A DNA stretch of 64,000 nucleotides from Salpingoeca rosetta (lineage: Eukaryota > Protista > Choanoflagellata): assembly GCA_033442325.1 (NCBI GenBank), contig JAWQFM010000013.1, positions 646,642 to 710,641 of the forward strand, in the 5' to 3' direction. The stretch's first letter is position 1; each line of letters starts with the position of its first letter. Position numbers and translations under genes: made by a program. The notes below the pieces were generated by a model. It worked only from the letters and a program-made list of their open reading frames with translations, had not been told where the DNA came from and made no database searches. Below are positions 1 through 10,498 of the stretch, one piece after another.

Positions 1-367
1 AACTCAACTCAAAAAGAGAGTAGTGCCACCACCAGGTCCCTCTTCACAACAACAACAACAACAACAGCACCAAGCAGAGAGCAACTGTCTGCACGTCAAC
101 CGTTGTTGGCTGTTGTTGTCTGCGTTCGTCTTTGCTTGGTTTTTTGGTTGTAGATTATTGTTGGCGATTATTGTCGACCATTTTCACACAATTTTCCGTA
201 GCGTTTTGGCCGGAAAACCAAGCGCAGCGCAAAGGAGAAGAAGAGAGAAGAGCAACACAGCAGCAGCAGAAGGGGAGGCAAACAACACCCACCCCCACTT
301 CATCATCGCCACCTGCCACACCCATCTCTCTTTGTCTGGTCTGGTCTGGTCTCGTTTGCAGACACGC

Positions 368-403
<36 letters not shown>

Positions 404-609
404 AAGCAGGAAGCGAGGGCTGGAGCTGGACGAAGCAAACAGCCAGGAGAAAAGGGGGTTGGTTTTTGAATTGAAGACAGTGACAGCCGACAGCAGCGTT
501 GCTGTGTTGCAGTTTTGCTGCTGTACGCACACAGCCTAGAGTGTTGTCCTGATTGATCGATTCCTGCAGTAGCCCGCTGTCACGCTCTACTCGACGCTGG
601 CGCGCAGTC

Positions 610-746
610 ATGGGAAACAAGGCGTCAACAGAACTCAAGCCCTTGCCAGGGGCACCACCACACCCCAACTCAGGTATGAAACCTGCTGTTGTTTGTTGTG
701 CGTTTGTACAGTGTTGTGTGCTGGTGTGTGTGTGTGTGTGTGTGCT

Positions 747-791
<45 letters not shown>

Positions 792-1564
792 GTGTGTGTG
801 TGTGTGTGTGTGTGTGTGCTAGTGTGCGCGCGCGTTGGTTGTGAATGTGTGTTGAACGTTGTCAACAGTGTGCGGCATTACTTTGTTGGGACGCGGACGG
901 GCCTGGAGTCTGGCTGCATGACGGCGCGCTCCGCAAGGAGGCGGCGGTGCTCGTAGTCAATGTCTGGTGGCGGCGCAGTCAACCACACCACACCTAGGAG
1001 TGAGTAGCCGTAAAGAGCTAAAACCTCACCGATTGGTCTCTGCTGATACTACTAGCTTCAATATGTCGAATTGAGCACCGAGTAGGCGCGGGCTCAGTGG
1101 TCCGCTTGAAACGTCCCGTTACCCAGCGCTACACTGAGACGAGCTTGCCCACGCGTTACCTGGATCGATGCCGTGCGAGTCGAATGTTGAAGGGGGTAGG
1201 GTTAGGCAGATAGTAGCTCATCGGTAAGAGAGCTGTCTTATGAGCAAGTCGGGAACAATAGTGTGAGAACATTACAACTTGCCAGGCGGATCTCAGGTGG
1301 AGCAGTAGATCTCGTTACCTCAACGATATCGATTACGATTAAGCGCATGCGAGGCAGAAGCGGACGCAGATGACTGGTCCCTCTCGTAGTGTCATGGAGA
1401 ACTAGGGCGAGTTTGCCCCTATGCTCTCCGCCTACGTTTCTCATAGACTCATAGATTTAACCCCGGTCCGGCTGATAAATCAGCGGACCACTCGATATAC
1501 TGACCATGCGTTGCACAGTTTATCATTGTGAGTCCGTCGTGTGAAATGGTCGTACTGTACTCGT

Positions 1565-1600
<36 letters not shown>

Positions 1601-1950
1601 GTCACACACACACACACACACACAAGTCACACACGTTCTCATACACACATACAATCACACACACGCACACATCGCTTACACGCACACAAATGCATACAAA
1701 ACACACGCATACACACACAACTAAACGTGCGCACAAACTGTCAACTACCCACATCCCACTCTCAACCGGCTTCATCTTCTCCCCCCCCCCCAAATGCAGT
1801 GCACGACCGATGCGAGGCAACCTGTACCGGCCTGCCTCCGTCCAACCTGTCCAGCCACAGAACATCTATATTCAGCGTGACACTGCAGGCTCGCTCGGCT
1901 TCTCCTTCTCCTCAGCGAGACGCGTGAGTGGCGCTGTCCTTACCGTACTT

Positions 1951-2011
<61 letters not shown>

Positions 2012-2757
2012 TTCATGTATGCACGTGACGTGACGTGACACACACACACAACCAAAACGTCGTTTGGTGCGTGGCTGCTGCCCGTTTGAGCGTCACTGTA
2101 TGCTTCCCGCGGCCTCCCTCCCTCCCTCCCTCCCTCCCTCTTGCGCTCACTGGAAACCCATCTACCATCCCCTTGTCGCCACTTTCCTGCTTGCCCCGCA
2201 CGCACACGCACACGCACACGCACTGCGCGCTGTTCGCGGTTGCACAGACCATCCACTATGTGAGCTCGGTTGATGCTGGTGGCCCCGCGGAGAAGGCAGG
2301 GCTCTCCGTCGGCCACCACATTGTCGCCGTCAACGGCAACCTCGTCACCAACGTCTCACACGAGCAGGTACGCGCGTGTCGAGTGTGTGTGTGTGTGTGT
2401 TTGTTTGTGCGCGTGCGCGCGTGTGTGTGTGTGTTCTGAGTGTCTGTGTTTCTGTTCATCGACCTGCTCGCGCGCCTACTTGCTTGTGCATTCATATGCG
2501 AGTGTTTGTTTCCCGTTTTCGTACTGTGGCTTCCCCCCTCCCCTCACTCTCCCCATCACCACGCCGCCAACCAACCCCACCCCCTCCAACTCTCCATCAC
2601 CGCAGGTTGTTGTGCTGCTGCAGAATGCGCCTGCGACGAAACCGCTGCAGCTGAAAGTTCTGCCGACCAACGACCGCATCCAGCGCTATCTCCGCCACGC
2701 CGGCAGCCGCAGTCCATCCGTCCTCTACTCCCCAACTTCACCCGTCAACGTACGTGC

Positions 2758-2789
<32 letters not shown>

Positions 2790-4212
2790 TCGTTTGTGTT
2801 TGTGTGTATGTGTGTATGTGTGTGTTTGGGGGTGTACACGCATGGTCTTGTACAATCACAACGTCCCACACGCTCACACCATCCCCCAACATGACCCGCA
2901 ATCACACGACATACCACCATACTTACAACAACAACCCCATCACCACCCTTGTTACATTTGGCCAGGGCTCTCCGCGGGTGGCGTGGGGCGCGTCGGGCGG
3001 ATCACAGCCGTTCCACCGCAGCTTCTGCGCCATTGTCTTCAACCCATCCACAAACCTCTACCTCGCAGCCGCAAAGCAGGTGTGTGTGTGTGTTCATGTG
3101 CATGTGTGCGTGTGTGTAGTTTGTTCTGCGTCCCAATTCCCGCCTCCGCTTCACTTGCTCATGCGCATTGACACACGTTCACATGCACACTCACTCGCCA
3201 TCACTCACTCACTCCCACACACTCCCACACACAAACACACACATACACACACACTCTCTCTCTCACTCACGTACACTCACTCGCCATCACTCAAAACTAC
3301 CCCATCAACGTGCTGCCCGCCACCAGGGGAGCGGGTTTGACGCGATTGTCGGGGACGTCGCTGCTGATGCGTCGTTCGAGGACGCGGCACACATGCTGCT
3401 GGCACAGGAACTCAACATCCCTGCACAGCTCAAGGGCATCCTTCGCTTTGAAATCAGCTCCCTTGCCCTGCGGGTCGTCTTCCTCGTCCACACCACAGGT
3501 GCCCCATCGCACAAGGGATAGAGTGTGTGTGCGTGCGTGTGTGTGTGTGTGTGTGTATGTGTTTGAGAGAGGGAGGCGGAGCGAGTATGTGTGTGTGTGT
3601 ATTTGCAGTGCACGTTGCGTAAATGGAAGCACGCCTTTTCCTGCCTTCTTTCGTTGTTGTCTCACCACCGATACGCACACGCATGCACACGCACACGCAC
3701 ACAACATGCTTTTCCACGCTGCAGCCTCTGTGGTGACGCTTGCGGCCGGGTCGTCGTATGTGCAGGCGGCGTGGCGCTCCCATGCGCAGCTGAGCGCTCT
3801 GAACCGCGAGCTTGGGCGACCCCCATGGCCGGCGGGGGCACTTGGCCTGCAGACAACAACACTCCTGGACTGGGTGTCGTACCTCAACCACAACGGCGCT
3901 GTTGCCCCGCTGCACACTCTCGCCGACCCGGGCGACCCCGTGTGGCACAAGGGGATGGGCGGAGAGAGCGTTGCAGAGCAGCGGGAGACGATTCGACGCG
4001 CCTCGCTCTCCGTCATCCAACGCTCAGATTACAAGCAGAAGAAGGAGGACAAGGAGGACAAGGAGGAGGAGAAGAAGAAGAAGCAGACAGAAGCGCAGCA
4101 AGAGCGAGCAAGGGCGCAGGGAGCACAGGTGACGGCTGCACCTGTTCCAAAGAAGCCCGCAACTGCAACAGCAGCGACCACCAACGGCACCACCACCACC
4201 AACAACAATAGC

Positions 4213-4252
<40 letters not shown>

Positions 4253-5967
4253 GCAACAACAACAACAACACCACCACCACCAGCGGGGCGGCGGCAGATA
4301 CACCACCACCATCATTTGACACCGCAGGCACATCCGCACCAACAGCCACGCAGCAGCAGCAGCAGCAGCAAGATGATACGCATGTGGATGATAATGTGCA
4401 CGCTGAAGGCGGTGAAGGTGAAGGTGAGGAAGACTACGATCCAGAGTTGTACGACAGGCAATGCAAGGAATTGGAGGAGTCTGTAACCTCCACGCGTATG
4501 CGTGCGTTTTACGTGCAGCGTGGCGTGCATTCCACAGAGCCGTTTGGCATGACGGTCACGGAGGGTCACAACGCCTCTGTGAGCCTCACCCTGTGCCAGG
4601 AGGTGGTGGTGAAGGCGCTCGACCCTGCGGGCGTCGTCGCGCAGCACGGCGGCGTGCATGTTGGCGACCGCCTGCTGAAGATCAACGGGCAGTGGGTTGC
4701 AGACGTCACCCACGCCGAATACCTCCTGGACGTGTTGGCGGACGAGCCTGCACTTGACCTGACCATCTCGCGGGGAGAGCCCCTGCCCCACTCGCCGCCG
4801 GCACCGCTGAGCAGCATGACAGACCAGGAGCTGCAGGACGCCACGTTTGAGCACTGCGGTCTGCGCATTCTCGTGCACGACACACAGGGGTGGACGCGTG
4901 CAAAGGCGATTGGCACGCTGGCTGAGCGGTTCTCGCACGTTGAAGCCAACGGGGCACCCACCGCGACAACGTCAACGACAACAGCAGCCCCACCAGCGAC
5001 AACGGGGGCACCTGAAGCAGCAGCAACAGCAGCAACAGCAGCAACAGCAGCAACGTCAGCACCGGCCAATGCTACCAGCAAGGATGCGAGTGCTGGTGCA
5101 GATGGTGACGAGAAGGAGCTGTCTGTGTCTGTTGTAAGCGACAGCAGCGACATGGCAGGCCTGAAGTCTGCACTTCGCCGCTCCACCGTGAGTGATGGCG
5201 GTGATGGTGACACGTCAGCATCGTCGTCCAAGAAGAAGAAGGGCTCCAGGCGCAGCAAGAAGGACAGCAGGAAGCGGTCGGTGAAGTTTCACGACGACAA
5301 GCCGAAGGTTCACGAGACGTACTCCAAGTTTGACTACCACCGGCCCCTGGACCCTGGCCACGGGTTTAGCGACCTGCGCTCGCTGTTCAACTACAACACA
5401 GATCGCATGGAGCAGGAGCAGCTGCGGGAGGCAGAGGACTTTGTCGACGCGCGTCGCGTGTACGGTAACTACATTGTGCGCAACAAGACGACCCGCCCCT
5501 TTGGTTTCAAGCTTCGCCCCATTACAAAGGACCTGAGCCAGCCATACCTTTTCCTGGAAGGGGTTGAGATTGTGGACATTGACCCGAGCGGCCCTGTCGG
5601 CCAGCACGGCGGCATCAGAGAGGGCGATCGCCTGGTGAAGATCAACGGGCAGTGGGTGCTCAACCACCAGCACGCGGAGTATCTCGTGTTTGAGGTGCTG
5701 CGGCGGGCAAAGGCCCTTGATCTGACTGTCACGCGTGGCGAGCCGCTTGCGCCAAGCATCGACCTCAGCACCAAGACAGACGAGGAGCTGCTGGATCTTG
5801 CGTTTGAGCACGGCGGGTATCGTGTTGCGATTGGCGAGGGCCAGTGCACACGCGAGGACGTGATGCTGCTCATTCGCAAGCGCCTTGCGCCGTCGAATGA
5901 TGCAGCTGTGTCTGGGCTCTACCGCACAAAGTCCAACGCCGGCCACCACGTTGACGAGGAGTGCTGA
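610..5967 (+). CDS. Multi-PDZ scaffold protein (N-myristoylation motif, PDZ, degenerate Nudix-like domain, PDZ, PP1-binding motif, PDZ); 8 exons, exon 2 inverted in this assembly
   Basis: Exons 610-673, [882-963 on minus strand], 1800-1923, 2248-2367, 2606-2749, 2966-3079, 3327-3498, 3725-5967 have GT-AG sites and matching phases. Starts MGNKAS. PDZ motifs: IQRDTAGSLGFSF...VDAGGPAEKAGLSVGHHIVAVNG, GGVHVGDRLLKINGQ and GGIREGDRLVKINGQ. PP1-type motif KRSVKF...TYSKFDYHR. Confidence 0.8.
882..963 (-). CDS. 82-nt exon (DIDYEHRRLLAERAVMQPDSRPVRVPT); probably the inverted exon 2 of the PDZ gene
   Basis: Minus-strand acceptor CCACCAG| and donor |GTAATG. It enters in phase 1 and exits in phase 2, exactly bridging exon 1 (ends phase 1) and the exon at 1800 (starts phase 2). 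Confidence 0.7.
994..1566 (+). ncRNA. Candidate large, highly structured non-coding RNA or foreign insert of unknown family
   Basis: No microsatellite and no credible ORF; rich in TA/TAG unlike the flanks. More than 10 stems found by eye, with G-U pairs and a GAGA tetraloop on the + strand. Possible terminal stem 997-1006/1558-1566. Interrupts a CA-rich tract. Confidence 0.6.
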
Positions 5968-6061
5968 CGTGTATGTGTGCGTGTGTGGTGTGTGTGTGTG
6001 TACTTGTGCATGTGTGTGTGTGCTTGTGCGTGTGGTGTGTGTGTGTGTGTGTGTGTGTACT

Positions 6062-6104
<43 letters not shown>

Positions 6105-6646
6105 GTGTGCGTGTGTGTGTGTGCGTGTGTGTGTGTGTGTGTGTGCTTTGATTTGTTGCCCCTCGTTGCTTTGACTGATGTGACTATTCTCCACCTCCTG
6201 TTAGAGTTGATGGTGTGCAACTTTCCTGTGCTTTAGATGCCAATTGTTGGTGCTGTTTGGCGCGTCTTTTGTTTTGATTTTCCTACTCCCTCTTCTGAAG
6301 GAGTACACGGGTGTGTGTGGGTGTGGTTGTGTAACCTCTTCCTTCCATTGTTCCTCCGTGACACCCGTCTACTGCCAGTGCTGTTGCTTGTGTCTATTTT
6401 CCAACCCATCTTCATCACCAGAGTAGACAGCAAACGTATGCTCGCCTCAAACGTGCAGAACAACGCAAATGACATACATACTTTTGAACGTGCGAGGGCA
6501 GAGGTCAAAGCATCGTCGTTCTCACCACACCAGCAGTGCAACAGCATCCTTTGCGCACACGAAAGGTCGCAGAATCTCACGCACACACAAACACACACAC
6601 ACACACAGACACACACACAGACACACACAGACAGACACACACACAA

Positions 6647-6693
<47 letters not shown>

Positions 6694-6720
6694 GTGGTGC
6701 TGGTGGTCGGCGGTGATGTG

Positions 6721-6918
6721 TTATGCGTGCGGCTGCGGGATGACGATGGGTTTTGCGTCGGGCTGTCGTGCTGCATCGTAGGACCGTCTCTTCGTCTTCT
6801 CCACAAATTCGTCCCAGCGCTCAAGCTCCTTATCCGGCAGCAGGTGCTGGTGTGTGTGTGTGTGTGTGAGCTTGAACAGGGAGGATGCACACGCATGTAC
6901 ACTTACACAAACACGCAA

Positions 6919-6998
<80 letters not shown>

Positions 6999-7128
6999 GC
7001 CACGTCTCATTACAGCAGCGGGGTTGTACCTCCATTAGGAGACGCATGAATGTGTCCGTGTCAGCAAACACACGAGCAGTGCGTTTTGCTTTCTTGTCCT
7101 GACATGAATGATGGGTGGGGATGGCGAA

Positions 7129-7173
<45 letters not shown>

Positions 7174-7407
7174 GCGTGTGTGTTGTGTGTGTTGTGTGTG
7201 TTGTGTGTGTACGTGTGTGCGTGTGTGGGTGCACGTTTGACAACAGAGTGAGGAGAAAGGGCACATCATAACAGTCAACACGGGCCCTCCCACTGCACGC
7301 ACGCACGTAGTCGGTGAGCTGTCTGTTGACAACGACGAGCTTTGGTGCGGTGTCGACGAGGGAGTTGGCGGGAGTCACGGTCATCGAGCTGGTGCAGACA
7401 TGAAGAA

Positions 7408-7501
<94 letters not shown>

Positions 7502-8529
7502 GTGAGGAGACGGCAAGCAGATGGCAGTGAGCAACGATGTAGGCACATGCCCACGCTGACTGCTGCTGACCTGCCGAGCGAAATCATGAGTTTGCACTTT
7601 GCCGCTGCTCGTTCCGCCGCCGTCAAGATGGGCTCCTCCAAATCATCTCCAAAGTTGATGATTGTATCCCTGATCAAGGCCGGGTGTGTGGTGTGACATG
7701 AGTGCACGCACCTGGAGCAGTGTGCGTGTGTGTGTGCATGTGTGTGTGCGTGTGTAGGTGTATGTGTGTGTGTGTGTGTACGTGTTCGTGTGGCGACAAC
7801 TTACTTCAGCTTGCCGTTACACCGTTTCCCCTGCAACACCATATAAAACACGGCTGTGAGCAACGAAAGTCATGTGATAACAATGTTACACCATCACACA
7901 CACACACACATGTATGCTCACAAGCAACAAAGCAAGCAAACCAACACACAAACACACCTGGATGGTTCGACTGCAATAGCGGCCGGTGAAATGGTTCAAG
8001 CCACACGTCGGGCAAACTTCAACGTGTGACCCTTTGGGAATCTTGCCGCTCTCCACCACTGCCTCAGACTTTGTGTGAGTGTGTGTGTGTGAGAGAGAGA
8101 GAGAGTGAGTGAGTGTGTGTGTGTGTGTGTGTGTGAGGCAGACCGCACAGTACAAACATGTTGTGCAAGCTGCGAGTGAGATGCTGCAATGGACATTCGA
8201 AATGAGAGCAGAACAACAACAATTAAAAACGACACATTGCAGGTCCGTGTCCATCCAGTGTTTGTTTCGCACCTCATCGTCGAGCACATACTGCGAGCAC
8301 ATGTATCGCGTGCGACAACGGCTGCATACCTCCACAAACACATTTCCTGGCACGACGGGAAAAGAGCGGCAGCAGGGCTTGTTACAGTGAGGAGACGCAT
8401 GGGCACGCGGACGCGCGCAAGGTCGAACCTGCACGCACAGGTGCAGGCACCCGCACACGTGTGGCACATGCGAACGTTTACACAAACGCTTACGTTCCCA
8501 AACAAGCAATTGCAGGCGCACCCCCCCCC

Positions 8530-8592
<63 letters not shown>

Positions 8593-9015
8593 CATACAAA
8601 CCGTGGAGTTCGGCCAGCTTGTCTGCTGGTACGCCAGATAGGCCGTGCAGGCAATCACAGTTCTGGGTGATGACGAACGCAGCAGTGTTGTCACCAACCA
8701 TCTTGGCAATGGCTTCATGGGTGAATGTTGGACGCAGCGCCTCGTAATCAATTCCGCCATCTTCGTCTGTTGTCACGCCCGTGTCTTCCTCGGTCCACTT
8801 ACCCTTTCGCCCGCTATCAGCACGTTTCGTACAACACGTGTCGCCACGGCAAGCAGACCATGCGTGCTGTGAGGATGATGGGGGAAATGAAAACGTTGGC
8901 ACGGTAAAACCACACGTGTGCAGTGGAGAGCCGATCTTGACACTTGACCACAACACTTCCGCATGCAAGCATAAGCGCACACACACACACACAACCCACA
9001 CACACACACACACAC

Positions 9016-9071
<56 letters not shown>

Positions 9072-10233
9072 ACACACACACACCGGTAGTCGCCAATGCC
9101 GGCATTGGTGGAGATGCCAGCGCCTGTGAAGAAACACACACCACCATCACTATGGGCCGCATTGATGTCCTTGATCAGCGACGCCACGGCAGCTGCCTTT
9201 GCTTTGATATCCTCCAAGCTGCAGGGGCATCGTGTTTGCTTGAACATGAGACGGACTGGGCATGCGCACGCGCTCTCGTGGCCTGTGGCGGTGGAGCAAG
9301 CCTCAAAGACAAGCTGGAGCGTCGTGGAGCACAAGGCACACATCATCTCACAGCAAGGGACATACCTGTCAGTGTACTCGGCGGTGGACATGGCCTCCTC
9401 GAACACAGCTCGCTCCCGGCCAGTGAGTTGGGGTCCTTCGTCAAACGATTCCCGTGACAGCGGCGACAATGCAGCGGTTGATTTCGCTTCTGCGGTTGTT
9501 GCTGGCGCTCGCCGAAGACGGCTGCTCCGACGCAACCCACTCTCCATCACAGATCCTGCTGGGCCATCTGTGTTTGCCTGCACGCCGTCGTTGCCACGCT
9601 TGGCCCGCTTTGTCTCCAAGGCAGCGGTGGATCGGTTGCCCTTGACAGTATGTGAGAGAGCATGCACACCAAAAGAGCAAAGTGAACGGCAGCGGTACCT
9701 GCATCCACATGCACACGCACACACGCAAGTAGCTGAACGCACACACACACACACACACCTACACACACGCACACACACCTACACACGCCTACACACACAC
9801 ACACACACCGACTTGCTCCAACGTCCTCAACGCCTCACCCACCCTTCTTCGCCTCAAAGAAGCCTGGAGCGCATCGAAGCACGCACGGTGGAAGTAGGCA
9901 TCACCCGTGTTTCGGCCAACCACCTGCTTGCCCAAAGCATAGCACAGGTTCACAAACTTTGTGTTGAAAGGGAAGACATGCAACAGCAAAACACAAAACG
10001 CAGCGCACATGTGTGTGTGTGTGTGTGTGCGTGTGCGTGTGGAGTGGGTGTTGTTGGTTCTGCCGTCTCCTTCTCTGAAGGTGCAGCCACGTTTTCGACT
10101 TCACCTTCCAGTTGACGGCTGTCTTGCCTGCCTTGAGCGCAGCTGTCAGTCCCCTGATGTTCGCCGTGGTCGCCACTTGAGCAGCAGCTTCATCAATCGC
10201 CTTCCCACACGATCGCAGCGCACAAACGTGCAT
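6721..10233 (-). CDS. Class IV sirtuin (SIRT6/SIRT7-like NAD-dependent deacylase), multi-exon
   Basis: Exons encode FTGAGISTNAGIGDYR-G, LRPTFTH, ITQNCDCLH, LAELHG-NVFVEVCSRC, TGRYC, DTIINFGDDL, LG-SSMTVTPA and VVVNRQLT. The 5' exons (from 10233) are less certain; an alternative ATG is at 9547. Confidence 0.9.
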
Positions 10234-10365
10234 CTTTGTTTGCCAAGCAGTTGCTTGTTGTGTGCACTGTCCACCACCCTTGTCGCTTTGTTTGTAGAAA
10301 ATTGATGAATGTTTTCATCTAATCGTCACATGACGATCGAGCCAAGTCCTTCTTCGCGCCCCCTC

Positions 10366-10419
<54 letters not shown>

Positions 10420-10498
10420 CTGTGATTCTGTTTTATGTATGTACATACACATGACACACGCGCACACGAGCGCGCACGGCCATGCACAACCCCCGTCG

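Noticed and set aside
23-539. ORFs at the window start
   Set aside because: Low-complexity CAA/GA leader sequence with non-ATG starts and no motifs.
1238-1444. 68-aa minus-strand ORF inside the structured insert
   Set aside because: Short, with no motif or host-like codon pattern; expected by chance.
994-1566. Assignment of the insert to a group I or II intron, RNase P/MRP, HEARO/omegaRNA, rRNA/tRNA or a CRISPR array
   Set aside because: No convincing group I core elements, no GUGYG start or well-paired domain V (1530-1562 is only superficially similar), no RNase P conserved regions, no adjacent IscB/TnpB/Fanzor ORF and no direct-repeat/spacer pattern. A covariance-model search is needed.
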